From positions 39,246,001-39,310,000 of the forward strand of contig NC_043015.1 in NCBI RefSeq assembly GCF_006345805.1: a stretch of DNA of 64,000 bases. The letters run 5' to 3'. Each line of letters opens with the position of its first letter. The first letter of the stretch is position 1. A model generated the notes under the pieces. The model was not told where the DNA came from. It searched no databases and worked only from the letters and a program-made list of their open reading frames with translations. This DNA is from Octopus sinensis. Taxonomy: Eukaryota. The translations under genes and the position numbers were made by a program. Below, piece by piece: positions 14,346-27,465 of the stretch.

Positions 14346-15537
14346 CTTTTCTAGGGCCGCACACAAAAGGAAAAGGGACAATACAAAACTAGGGATAAGT
14401 GGGGCTTAGCACAAAATAAAAATTCGACAGGCGCAGGAGTGGCTGTGTGGTAAGCAGCTACTTACCAACCACATGGTTCCGGGTTCAATCCCACTGCGTG
14501 GCACTTTGGCCAAGTGTCTTCTACTATAGCCGATCAAAGTGGATTTGGATGTGTGTCTACGTTCCCGTAACTTAGCGGTTCGGCAAAAAAGAACCGATAG
14601 AATAAGTACTAGGCATTCAAAGAATAAGTCCTGGGGTCGATTTGTTAGACTAAAAGGTGGTGCTCCAGCATGGCCGCAGTCAGATGACTGAAACAAATAA
14701 ATGCTCCAGAGAGGGAAGGGTTCACCAAAGACACTTCAGGTACCTCTCTCTCCTCAAACTCATGTCTGTTCTGCCATCACAAAGCTCTCAGTCGCGTGTG
14801 TGTGTCATTTTATACCGATTGAGAGGCTCAGAAAGGAAGGTGTCAAAAGATGACACGATCGCTGGAGCCTATTTCAGATGAAGTCATGATCGACCAGATT
14901 CTGTTGATCATATGGGTAATATTCTTTCCAGGTGTAGTCGCGATTGGTTAGATTCTTACTATATATTTGTTTCCAGCCCTTTGAACGCTTCTTCTTTCGC
15001 CGTAGCCGCTAGATAGACGAAAACTACCTTCCCTTCTCTACACGGTTAAAAAAAAGTAGCGGGGACTTCCTCTCGATGGACTCGGCTGATAACCGGATCC
15101 ATCCAACAGTTGGACAGAGTAGAACTCCCTGGTAATACTGCCGAGCTAGAGATTTATGGATATTATACATTGCCGCCCGCGCCCCGTCCGAACCCCCCCC
15201 CCCTCGGAAGACGCCATTTAATTGATCCCTCCCTACGTCCAGAGTGTCCGCGGGAACGTCGTCGCTCTTGCCCACCACTAATCCTCTTTACATAATGGCA
15301 ATCAACGAAGACCCATTCCTTACAAACTGATTACGATGTCGACGTTCCCTTTTATTGTTTACAAATTAATTTCAATCGTTACAAATTGGTGGCCCAACTT
15401 TACATATCTATAAAGCCATCAAAAGCTTGTTTATTTTAAAGTTTTTTGATTTATTATTAGTGATGCTTAATATGTTTTGCTAAAATTGCTGTTTCTTTTC
15501 AGATATCATCAGAAAAAGGTAATTAAAATTCATTAAA

Positions 15538-16196
15538 TTGACAGATCTATCGGACTTTCAAAGAGGTCAAATTGTTGGTGCTCGTATGGCAGGCGCTAGC
15601 GTGACGAAAACAGCCGAAATGTTTGGTGTATCAAGAAATACTGACTCGAAAGTAATGACAGCCTTTGTGAAAGAGGGAAAAACCTTCTCGTCGAAATAAA
15701 ACTTCGGAAGAGGAGGGACCGTTGGATTCTTATGCGAATTGTTAGAAAGGATCACAAAAGTACAGATCCCAAAATTACTGCAGAGCTTAATGACCACCTC
15801 GAGAACCCAGTTTCCACAAAAACTGTTCGCCGGAAGCTACACAAAGCTGGATTTCATGAGAGGGCTGCAATCAGAAAACCACTACTTTCAAAAATAAACG
15901 TTGCAAAGCGTTTAGAGGGGAATAAACACATACAAAATTGATCCCGAGAGCAGTGGACGAATGTTATTTTCTTGGACGAATCATCCTTTACCTTATTTCC
16001 GACCACCAGCCGAGTATACGTGTGGAGAGAGCCAAAAGAAGCATTTGACCCAGACTGTCTTCTTCCAACTGTTAAACATGGAGGAGATCTGTGATGATCT
16101 GAGGAGCTGTATCTTGGAAATCCGCCGGCCCAATGGTTTCCCTTCATGGCAGAATTAATAGTCAAGACTATTGAAGCATTTTATCTGATCAAATTT
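15538..16196 (+). pseudogene. Tc1-family transposase pseudogene, 3' truncated
   Basis: DLSDFQRGQIVGAR..RKPLLS..WTNVIFLDES..TVKHGG with stops and frameshifts; breaks off at LSDQI. Confidence 0.9.
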
Positions 16197-17167
16197 GTAG
16201 CGTACTCTTAGTGAAATTCACCCCATCCTCTCTCTCTGATATATATAACACAAATACGGACGTAGCAGATAACAGCTAACCTTCGGTAACTTGGGCCCTG
16301 TTGTGTCCACTACTCTGATTGGTTGGTTTTGGTGCAGTTTGTCTCTTGCTTTATTTCGCGCCAATGTGCGACCCAACCAATCGCAGCCTTGTGATAAGGT
16401 CCCGTGACACAGTCTTCTAAATTCTCTTCTGGAGCCTTCTATTTGCTGTAAAAGTTTCAGCGATTTACCCTATCTCGTCTTTGGTTCTCACCACTAACCA
16501 CAGAGCATTCAGCCATGTTCCAGCGACAGACAAAACCAGCAGTATTCAGGACCTCCACCACCGTCGCCTTCATCTTAACGTTGCCTTCAATCTTAACGTC
16601 GTCTCCATCTCCGTTGCCTTCATCTTATCGACGCCAACACACGCCCAGGTTTAACTTCTCACTGTTTGTGAATACTTCACCATGGTTAACAGTAAGCTCA
16701 ACCTGCGAGAACCTTCTGTACCAAGTTACGCGGCACAGCATAGCAGCCACAACCGCTACACGACATGTGTTCAACCGGCTCTGCAATTGTCGCCTCAACC
16801 TCATTGTTACAGAACTACTGCTATTGCGTTCATCAGCTGTGGGCATCACTTCAGAAGTTCGATGCAAGTAATGTCCTTGTAAGGGACGTCTTTAAAAGTC
16901 TTTGATTATGTTTGAGATGTGAAATAGGTTATTAACGTTACTCATCTAAGAGCATCAACTCTCAGATCGATTGTGCCGACAAAGCTGTATCGACTCAACT
17001 ATTCCCCAATTTTCACTACTGACTGTCACACTCTGCGATATATTAATTACCAACTTGCTAACATTTCTGACAAGAACCCACTTCTCTGCAGACGAAACTC
17101 CTAGTCGTACTTAATCTTCCCTCAACCACACTGGGCGAGTGAAGGTTGGGTAGGTTCAGTCAGTACA
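16197..17167 (+). mobile_element. LTR-like insertion interrupting the Tc1 element
   Basis: Starts TGTA exactly where Tc1 homology stops; several CCAAT boxes; candidate TACA end; no TSD or canonical PBS seen. Confidence 0.35.
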
Positions 17168-18189
17168 TCAGTTCCGGCTTGGAGATCCAAAGGACTTCGT
17201 GAATTTCTTAAGGTGAGAAGCTCCTAGTCCCTTCCTAGGGCGAGGGGAGGCAAAGCAACTTCGGTTTAATTTGAAGCATTTCTCTCGGAGGCCCATGCAC
17301 AACGTTTACATTTCTGATCCAATGCCCTGCCTTTTTAAACAGACACCTCGATAGTCATCTCCAATGATTACACGAAATTTCCAACAATTCAAAAACACAG
17401 TATTCAGATCCAAAGAAACAATCTTGTACTTAACCAACACTTTTAGTTTTTGAACAAAACAAAATTTAAATGCTTTAAAGTCTCTACAAACACCTGGCCT
17501 CATAATTAATGGTGCTACCTGGTGATCTCACATCTATAACAGCAAAAACCGTCGATTCAAGACCTGTTAATATTTCAGTTCAAAGTAGTCGCAGCTTTGT
17601 GGGTCTTGTACAAAATACAAAAAAATCTACAATGGAATTCCGTTTCAGTATCCTGGGCAGTGCTGTTGCAGCACATACAAGCAATCTAAAGCGCATCCCA
17701 ACATTCTAGTTTATAGCGAATTCGCCAAAATTCATCCACCAACACATTCCTACAACTTGTCTTCTACAAACTCCTCACACTGCCTTTTCTACAACGCCTT
17801 GTGTTCTCAAGATTTCCTCAGTTGCAAAACCGTTTCCATAGAATCCCTCCTGGGATACGCCTTGCCCAGTCCGTCAATATGATTGCTCTTCTAACGATGT
17901 ATATTTCTTTACTGCCCACAAGGAACTAAACATAGAGAGGACAAACAAGGACAGACAAAGGGATTTCTAGAATCCTGTTCGTATATACCCCGGATTTGGG
18001 AGTTCCGCTCTCTCAGTTAACTGGAATAGTAATAGAACAACGACAGACGAAGGGATTAAGTCGATTACATCGACCCCAGTGCTAAACTGGTACTTAATTT
18101 ATCAACTCCGAAAGGATGAAAGGCAAAGTCGACCTCGGCGGAAGAAATAAACCGGATTTGTTTTGTACGTGTTAACATATTGGTGTGAC

Positions 18190-18252
18190 ACCGGTGCAGC
18201 CCGTTTCACAATGGTTCATCGTTTGATGTTCGTCTCCCAAGAAACTCCGGAG
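18190..18252 (+). promoter_or_regulatory. Probable TGS1 5' leader exon
   Basis: Strong donor GAG|GTAAGT at 18252/18253 in a CpG-containing patch upstream of the TGS1 acceptor at 20326; the 5' end is approximate. Confidence 0.45.
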
Positions 18253-20332
18253 GTAAGTTCATCGATGATTACTATAACAACAATAACAATAATGATCATC
18301 ATTAATATTATTGATGCCATAGAATAATCTAATATTATTAATTTATCTGAAGTTGTCGGCCTTGGTTCTTTTTATCCTGAAAGCGATGTTGTTCAATTAA
18401 TTAAGGACATCCTTTAATTGCGCACGAGGAGTGAAATTTGATAAACGAGGGGGAAAATGTGATGAAAGGACGTTCGTACAATGTAATTAAATTGAAAATA
18501 GTTTAAACTAAAAATGGGAACAAGGTAGGTCTGTTTTGTAACTTTTTTTCTCATCATCGCGCTATATAAAACATTTGTAGGGTCCTGTTAGTATATCTGC
18601 CCCGGATTTGGGAGTTCCTCACTCTCAGTTAACCGGAATAGGAATAGAAAATTAATTTCGGTCTTAGAAAATGATGCATCGAAAGAAAAGAGGGAAATAG
18701 TGGCCTAAATATGTGAAGAGAATGCCCACTACATTACGGTGCCTTTACCCGGTCGCTTTATCTGCTAGAAATAGCTGCGAAATCACATATTATCGTCGTA
18801 AATAACAGAAGGACATTGGTTAATGTAGTCCTAGATAGCTATGTAACAGAAAACAAAGTTGTCCCTAGTGGAACGCCTTTAATATAGGTCCGTTTAATGC
18901 CTGTTGACCAAGAGAAAATGAAAGTTAACGCGAGCATTTGTGCCCTCGTTTGACTTGCTAGAGCTAGCAACCTAATATTTCCCAAATCCCATATTATTAT
19001 CATAAATCAGAAAGGGCAGTGGGGAATATTATAAGCATGTGAGGATTACTGAAGACTGGCTGGGAATGACCGAAATCCCTAGTACTGTCCAAGTTGATCT
19101 GGTCTGTGGTTGTAAACGAGTGAAACTTGTTTGCTGTATAAACATGTTTCTTTCATTTTAATAAACGTCTCTTTTGCAGAATAACCGAGCAAAATAAAGC
19201 AATACGTAATTATTTTTAACAGCGACGACTCAATAACATAAACATATTGTTTCTTTAGGCCTGTTTGTCTGTCCGTGTTTGTCCTCTCTGTTTAACTCCT
19301 TGTGAGTAGTAAAGAAATAGGTATTTCGTCTGCCGTTACGTTCTGAGTTCAAATTCCGCCGATGTCGACTTTGCCTTTCATCCTTTCGGGGTCGATAAAT
19401 TAAGTACCAGTTACGCACTGGGGTCGATGTAATCGACTTAATCCCTTTGTCTGTACTTGTTTGTCCCCTCTGTGTTTAGTTCCTTTTGGGCAATAAAGAA
19501 ATAAATAACATAAACATATTGTTCCTTTTTTTTTAAAAATTTTGTATTACGGCTGGCAAAGTAATCACAGATGCAAATAAAATACATTCGGAGATGGCAG
19601 AGGCAGACGAAGTGTATATTTATCCATTTTTATTTGTTCAGCTTGATCATCATTTCAAGGTAAAACACCGAGGAAGTGTTTTTAGACAATGTTAACAAAT
19701 GCCACAAAAATGTTTCTGAAAAATTTGAAATACTGTTCAGAATGTCGTTCCACGTGCAAACATAAATTTATAGAGTTACTAGCAGCTAAGCCGGCTTCAC
19801 CCGGTCTGTTTGGATGAGGTGGCTGTGATCGTTTTCGGTTAGGCATAATCTATAACAGCTTTTGTCAACCTTATCATTTCGGGTTCCCTGTTTCGATTGG
19901 AACCTCCAACTGTATGAAATTTTCCTGACCCCACCCCGTCAGAAAACAGCTTCTAAGCAACTGGTTGTTTTAATGGTGGAAGAAAGAGGAAAATTCTATT
20001 AGAAAAAGGTTTACTCGATTTTCTCAGTAAGTATGGGGGTTAGGAAAAAAATACAAACTACATTCCAATCTATGCACCTGTCTCCATATGTGTGCCATTT
20101 TTCACGCGAATCCACCCAGCCGTTTGGCTGTGAACCTCAAGACAAGAAAGAATGCAATGATTGCCCATGTTCAATTTATATTATAGATTAAACAGGGGTG
20201 GTCATCTAATGAGAGAAAAACATGTGAAGAACTGAATTCACAATATGCAGATCTAACATTACTTTCATTACCGAAAGTGAAAGTAACACACACACATTTA
20301 TGTATGTACATCTTTTCTATTTCAGACCGAAA

Positions 20333-20424
20333 ATGTACCATGAAAGGAAACCTGTTGCTGACGTGAAATTTGTGTTGGGAGACGAATCAACTGTTGAATG
20401 CCTGTTGACACGATCTGTCCTATG
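20333..20424 (+). CDS. TGS1: TGS1 coding exon 1 (MYHERKPVADVKFVLGDESTVECLLTRSVL)
   Basis: Acceptor tttcag at 20325, ATG at 20333, donor GTTAGT, phase 2; resembles the metazoan TGS1 N-terminus. Confidence 0.75.
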
Positions 20425-20699
20425 GTTAGTGATTCTTCGTTGTAGTCTTGAAGTTAAAACGACAGATCATTGGTTCAAATACCATTGATGTCTATTCTCT
20501 TTTGTAGTGGTAATGATTAGTAAGTGTGGATGATACAAACGATTTACACTTGTGAATTCTCTGTTTAGGTGGACCCTATTTTGTATGGCAGAAGGGATAC
20601 ATTGTTGCTATGCAGTGTGGGGAAACTGTGTTTCCTTAGAAGTCACCCCTTTGTGTTATAATTAACTGCTTCATATTTGTTAGAGTAAAGAAGAATTTG

Positions 20700-21287
20700 A
20701 GTGGCACATAAAAAGCACCATTCGAGTGTGATCGTTACCAGCGTCGCTTTACTGGCACTTGTGCCCCATGCTAGTAGGGTGCTAAGAGCACCATCCGAGC
20801 GTGATCGTTGCCAGAGTGGCTAACTAGCTTCCATGCTGGTGGAACTTAAAAGGCAACATTTGAGCGTGATTGTTACCAGCATCACCTTACTGGCACCTGT
20901 GCCGGTGGCATGTGTAAAAAGATTCAAGCGAGGTCGTTGCCAGTACCGCCTGACTGGCCCCCGTGCCTGTGGCACGTAAAAAGCACCATCTGAACGTGGC
21001 CGATGCCAGCACCCCCTTGACTAGCTTCTGTGCCGGTGGCACGTAAAAAGCACCAACTGATTGTGGCCGCTGCCAGCCTCCCCTGGCACCTGTGCCGGTG
21101 GCACCTAAAAGGCACCCACTACACTCACGGAGTGGTTGGCATTAGGAAGGGCATTCAGCTGTAGAAACTCTGCCAGATCAGACTGAAGCCTCTGGTGCAG
21201 CCTCCTGGCTTCCCAGACCCCGGTCGAACCGTCCAACCCATGCTAGCACGGAAAACGGATGTTAAACGATAATGATGATGATGATGA
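20700..21287 (+). mobile_element. SINE family A, long copy with tandem internal subrepeats
   Basis: Repeated gtgccggtggcacgtaaaaagcacc units, family core and (GAT)n tail. Confidence 0.88.
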
Positions 21288-21343
21288 AATCAATAAATTT
21301 TTGAAAATGTTTAAAAAGTTGTCTTGTTATTGTTGTTATCCAG

Positions 21344-21527
21344 TGACAGAGGATATGATGCTGCTGATGTGGATGAAGATGATAAAAGTGTGAGCTGTAA
21401 TGCAGATGATGATGATGATGATGATATTTTAGATGTGGATGATACTGAAACAGAAATGATGAAAGAAATGGGTTTGCCAAGTCAGTTTGGAAATCCTCAG
21501 AGAAATCTGGATTCTGGAATTGTGAAA
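21344..21527 (+). CDS. TGS1: TGS1 coding exon 2 (acidic; EMMKEMGLPSQFG)
   Basis: Conserved MGLPxxFG motif; AG/GTAAGT, phase 2-0. Confidence 0.88.
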
Positions 21528-21895
21528 GTAAGTCCCTCCCTCTCTGTACAAACTTTATATTTTGAATTACTAAACATCCACACCACACACACATATATAC
21601 ACCTCCAGTGCATTTTTTTCACCATAAAAATGTGAGTATTAAATTTCATATATATATATATATATATATATAACTGTCACCACTACTACATGAACCTGAA
21701 GATTGCATGGTTTAATGCACGAAAGTACTAGTTCAGTCAGAATGGACATTTAATATTCTATCGTTTCATTATCTTATATTATCTTATTATAAGATTGTAA
21801 ATAAAAACTGAAAATCAGATAAAGTTGGAATTTCTTTGAGTAATATATTCTTCTATACACAATCATACACACCCATGCATGTACGTGTATATATG

Positions 21896-21957
<62 letters not shown>

Positions 21958-22369
21958 CATATATATATATATATATACATATATATACATACACACACAT
22001 ACATACACACACACACATGCATATATATAAACATGGGGATGCAAAAGTAGGTGCACAGTATCACATCAATGTTATAATACTTAATTCATTAGAATTATTA
22101 GCACATTAAATTAATTAGCTGCATTGTTGATATTTTCAGTGTCATTAATCATAATAATACTTTTATCATAATTTTTTATATTTTTGAGAAAAATAAATGA
22201 GTATTGTATATAATTGTATACCTACTTCTGCACTACCCTGTATAGATATGTTTATATATATATATATATATATACATACACACATATACATACGTGTGTA
22301 TGTGTATAACTTGTGACAGTGTCCATGTTTAATCTGTGTGTGACGGTGTTCATGTTTGTTGTTTCACAG

Positions 22370-23792
22370 AAAGAAACAAAAACAAAGACAAAGAAGAAAC
22401 CAAGAAAAAAACACAGAAAAAGGAAGAAACAAAGAAATTCCTCCAAAGAATTTGAAGATGTTGAGAAAAGTCTTGGAGAATGTTCCACGTCATTGGACAC
22501 CGAGATGAGTGAAGAAAGTCAGTCGTTAATCGTTCCGGTTGAACTATTTCAGTCAATAGAACAGAACAATAGTAATTTTGATGCTGTTTGGCAAGATTAT
22601 TGGTCAAATTATGGGGAATATCTGGTGTGGCATGGATGGGTCAGTAAATACCCTGACCAAATTGATGCTGATAGTTATGCTGTGCCTCCAATAGCTGAAG
22701 TGGAAGTGGTCAGCACAAACGATGGCTGTGACCTGAATAATGAGCAAGAAACAAATAATTCGGTGCCAGAGAATGGTTTTCCTTCTGATGTTGGTCAGAA
22801 TTTCAATGAAAATAATAGCAACATTCTTCCACAGAATGATGAGACGAATTCTCAGTCCGAATATTTACAAAGAGATTCTGATGCAAACCATTGTTTGGAA
22901 GAAGAGAAAACTTCTAATATCAGTTTATCTAACTCTGAAGATGTTTCTGGACGTCAAGACCAATGTCCAGTTTATCAACCTTGTAGTCAACAAACCACAA
23001 CAGCTGAAGAACAAATAAACCAACAAAGAACTTCTGCAGATCTTCACCAAAATGGGAATCAAGTTTGTCGTGATGGAGAAGAACTGGTGCACAATAGTGA
23101 CCAACCAAATATGAATGGACATCAAGGGAATTCTAAATCTGTGTATTGGTCATACAAAACCCAAGGTCGGACTTTTGATGCAGCCGTTGAAAGCACAATG
23201 GCGCGGTGTACGGAAAGTGGAATGCTGTGTGAAGAATCTTCGAAATTTTCTGAACAACAAGGAAATTGCTCCGATTCTGCTACCGGTAACAAAGAATCTA
23301 AGCTTATTGAAATGATGCATTGCTATTCAATCAGTAAAGATCATGTTGCTAACACAGATGAACACGGTGATGTTGCTAACACAGAGAAACACGACTCTGA
23401 ATTATCAACAGAAAATGGTCGAAGAAGTGATTTCAACTACAATGACATGTGGGAGAGTCTTTGGACCGAGCATTACCAAGAAAGTTATTGGTTCTATTAC
23501 ATACAGTTTCAAGAATCCTACGAGCGCCATTTAAATCGTCATCACCAAAATGAAGACACTGTATTAGAAGAGGTTTCCTCATCAAATAATAATCCAAAAG
23601 AGTTTAATGTAGTCTCCAATGGGACATTGTCTCATTCTAACTTTGGCAGTGTGTCCAATGGATTTCAAGAAACTCAAAGTATTGAAAATGATATTGGACA
23701 TTCTGTTGTGGAGAATAATGTCGATGCAATGTCAACAGAACAATCCAGAACAGATTCAGAAGACACATTTCTTTCTCTCCAACAAAATTCTG
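22370..23792 (+). CDS. TGS1: TGS1 coding exon 3 (large, low complexity, Trp/Tyr-rich motifs)
   Basis: 1423-nt open exon within ORF 22313-24148; WQDYWSNYGEYLVWHGWVSKYP and WTEHYQESYWFYY motifs; donor GTGAGT, phase 0-1. Confidence 0.9.
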
Positions 23793-26317
23793 GTGAGTGT
23801 TTCGCACATTTTATAGTTCTTGTTTTCACTAATGTCTGTATGCTGTCACATTCCGGTAAGATTATTTGGAAATTTGTCTTCTGTTGGTGGAGAGAAAATC
23901 AAGTTAATATATTTCCACAATGCTTCCATCTCAACAATTGTTTAAAGACAACTTTCAAACTGAATTCTTCAGTTATAAATCTCGCTTCTATACATTTTTG
24001 CTGTGACTTTCAGAAAACCATTCTTGTCTCCAATAATTATCATTATCATCATCATCGTCGTTTAACGTCTGCTTTCCATGCTAGCATGGGTTGGACGATT
24101 TGCCTGAGGGCTGGCGAACCAGATGGCCGCACCAGGCTCCAGTCTTGATTTGGCAGAGTTTCCACAGCTGGATGCCCTTCCTAACGCCAACCACTCTGAG
24201 AGTGTAGTGGGTGCTTTTACATGCCACCGGCACGGGGGCCAGTCAGGCGGTACTGGCAACAGTCACAGAAAATCGTGTTTTTTTTTTTTTTTATTAATAG
24301 CAATTAATTATTTCACTAATTGTTTCAAATGTTTTTACTGTGTTTCTGATATCTGATCGCTTTGCAAATGCTCTGTTTCCTGTCTGCTACTATGGTTCTG
24401 CTGCAACATAATATATTCCATAGTTTTGAATTTGGTAATTCTTAAACTTTTTAACATGGTATTAGAATTAGAAGAAGGTATATTTCCTGAAGATAAAAGT
24501 ATTTTTCTATAGAAAATTTACAGGAGAGCAGACATTAACTGGATCCAATGTCTACTGTCCTGGAATTAATCAGAATCGACTAATTCTGGAATGCTTCCTA
24601 TTATTTATCCGATTCAGGAGCACCAGCTCAGACATGTTCGATTTTCCGAGTTAGACCCTGCTTAAAATGTCCTCTTTACTGAGGATCCAGATGGGTTGAT
24701 AGCTCGTGTTGGCCGACCACATGTCACATGGTCATATCGGATGAGGAGTCTATCTTGTGGAGATGGATACTGACTGGGACTCTACTCAATGGATCTCCCA
24801 AAAGGACCTGGGAATATACCACCAACAGATGGTGGATGCTGCAACATACTCCTGTGGTATATGACCCCCCCACATTCTGACCTTACCCGACTTATTCTTC
24901 CTAAACTGAGTTCTATGATAATTATTTCTGACATTATGAGGAAATAAGATTGTAGAATGAGGCGGAATACAGTTGAGTGATTGGACATATGTCAACCGAC
25001 AGGCGTCAATGGCCTGTCAGTTGACTTTGATGGACAACGTGACGAAATGTCAAGGGAGATAACCAGGACATTTCACTTTTTTTTTTAAGTCTCCATTTCC
25101 AATTATAGGAATTTCTTATAGAAACATCAGGTCCCGATTTCGCTATTTTATTTCATTGTTGTTGTTGTTCCTGGGTTACCTCAAAGCTAACCTTATTGGG
25201 ATTGAACAGAGAATAGGGGATATATCTAATGACACATGGTTGTGATGCATGTGCCTGGTGTACCCTTATCAGCCGGGTAGTCATGATGGGTATATCAGGC
25301 TTTGTATATTTGTACCCCAGCATCACTTTGATGGTGTGCACAGTTCTCTCATTCAATAATAACGGTTTCAGATTTCTGCACAAGGCCTGTAATTTTGGGA
25401 GAGTGAGCTTGTTGATGTGTTCAACTGGTACTCATTTTTTGATGCCCAAAGGATGAAAGGCAGAGTGGACCACAGTGTAATTTGAACTCAAAACATAATA
25501 ATAATAATGATAATAATTAGCATGTGATACAAAAACCTTTTCTCTGCCTCCACTACTTCTTATCTCTTCACTTACACTTACCCTCTCACCCATTCCCTAT
25601 CCCTCACTTGGCCTCATCATCATTTAGTGTCTGTTTTCCATGCCAGCATTGGGTTAGATGGTTTCACTGGAGATGGCAAGGCTGGAGAGCTGCACCGGGC
25701 TCCATTGTCTGTTCTGGCTTGGTTTCTATGTTTAGATGCGCTTCCCAATGCCAGCCACTCCATAGAATGTTGTGGGTGCCTTTTGCATGTCTTCGGCTCT
25801 GGCCATGAGTCTGATGTCACTTGGTTTGACATGTCTTCCCAAGCACAGTAAACCTGCCAAAGGTCTTTAGTCACTTGTCATCAGCACCGAGAGACTCAAC
25901 ATCCAAAGATCAGGCTTCATCATCTCTTCTTATGTCTTTCTGGGTCTTGCAAATTTTACTCAACTCATGTCTTGAGAGGGCCACCCTCACACTTCTCCAC
26001 CACCATTATTATCACTTTCCATTTCCACCCTGGCCCCTCTCAACCCCTCTTCTACAATGTAAGTAGCCATGGAGTCCCTTTACAGCAAGAAACCTGTTCT
26101 GTTCTGAACCCTCCTTTCATACTTTGACCCTTCGTCTCCTAGCATAAAGCTCCCGCCTTCTTTACTGTAGCCCCACTCAGTCCAAGGAGATTTTAGTCTT
26201 CCAGGCTGCATGGTGACCACACTAGTGCTGGTCAAGGTTAAATAGTGATGATGATGATGATGATGCTATAAAAATCTTTGATGTACAAGTTATTGGTTGT
26301 ATATTTTATTATTGCAG

Positions 26318-26414
26318 ATTTTTGTGAAAGTAAAGAAACCTGTTTGGAGAAGATGAATAATGAAGAGGATGAGGATAAACCACCTGAAGAATTACCAACA
26401 AAATCGGTTAAATG
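26318..26414 (+). CDS. TGS1: TGS1 coding exon 4 (..EDKPPEELPTKSVK)
   Basis: ttgcag acceptor, GTCAGT donor, phase 1-2; PPEE motif. Confidence 0.75.
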
Positions 26415-26879
26415 GTCAGTTGTTGTTGTTATTATAAGTTTGGTTTCCATTTCTTGCTGAGTGTCTTCCCGACGCCTAGGGCAAAGAAACTCTCTGTATA
26501 TATTGATAGGCCACTAAAATAAAGACAGCATGTTGTTCATTTACAGAATCTAAATAAAGTCATGTAAAAAAATAAAATTCATCATCATCATCATCATCAT
26601 TTAACGTCTATTTTCCCTGCTGGCATGGGTTGGACGGTTTGACAGGAACTGCCAAGGCCAAGGGCTGCTTCAGATTCCATCGTCTGTTTTGGGATGGTTT
26701 CTACTGCTGGATGCCCTTCCTAACACCAACCACTCCACATATTGTACCAGGTGCTTTTTACATGGCACCAGCATCCACACCAACACGTTTTACTTGACAC
26801 CTTGGTTTTAGTATCTCAATTCTGTAGTGGTGGGCAGGTCTTCCCAAGTACAACACTGGACCACATACCTCAGTTCTCT

Positions 26880-27465
26880 GTCATCTCCTTTGTAAGGCTC
26901 AGCATTTTGAGATTAGCCTTTAATACTTTATTCCAAGTCTTCCTGGGTCTCCCTCTTCCACAACTTCCCTCCACATCTTTATGCAACTCTCCTTATCCAT
27001 CTGCATCAAATGACCAAACCAGCTCTGTCTCTTCTCTTGCACACTGCATCGGATTCCTCTTCTACTGAACTTCTCCCTCAATTGCACAATCAGCTTCATT
27101 TCTCTCCACCCTTCTCACGTCCTCCACATTCAGGACCCACATCTCACTACCGTGCAGCATCACACTTCATACAATCTTCCCTTCACTCAGAGAGAGGAGA
27201 GAGACCTTTGGCTGCCAACAGAGGTAAAAAAAAGCTCTGAACTTTCTCCATCCTATTCTTATTCTAGCAATTACACTTTCTCTACTTCCTCCTCCACTGC
27301 TAATTAGGTCACCAAGGTCGCATAAATTATTTACGACTTCCAGAAAGCCTCCAGGACATTTAACGAAATTAGTTTCCCATGTATCTGGCGTCTTAATGGC
27401 TCCAATACATCTTCCACATATGAACACTTCTTTCTCTGTTGACCTTCCAACTATTCCACTGCTTA
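26880..27465 (-). mobile_element. Degenerate RTE-like LINE ORF2 fragment
   Basis: LEVVNNLCDLGDLISSGGG..ARIRIGWRKFR, a typical post-RT region. Confidence 0.75.

Noticed and set aside
20700-21120. CRISPR-like spaced repeats gtgccggtggcacgtaaaaagcacc
   Set aside because: Internal subrepeats of a eukaryotic SINE; the spacers are related to each other and there are no cas genes
23793-24148. 3' extension of the 611-aa ORF
   Set aside because: Read-through past the GTGAGT donor into intron and SINE
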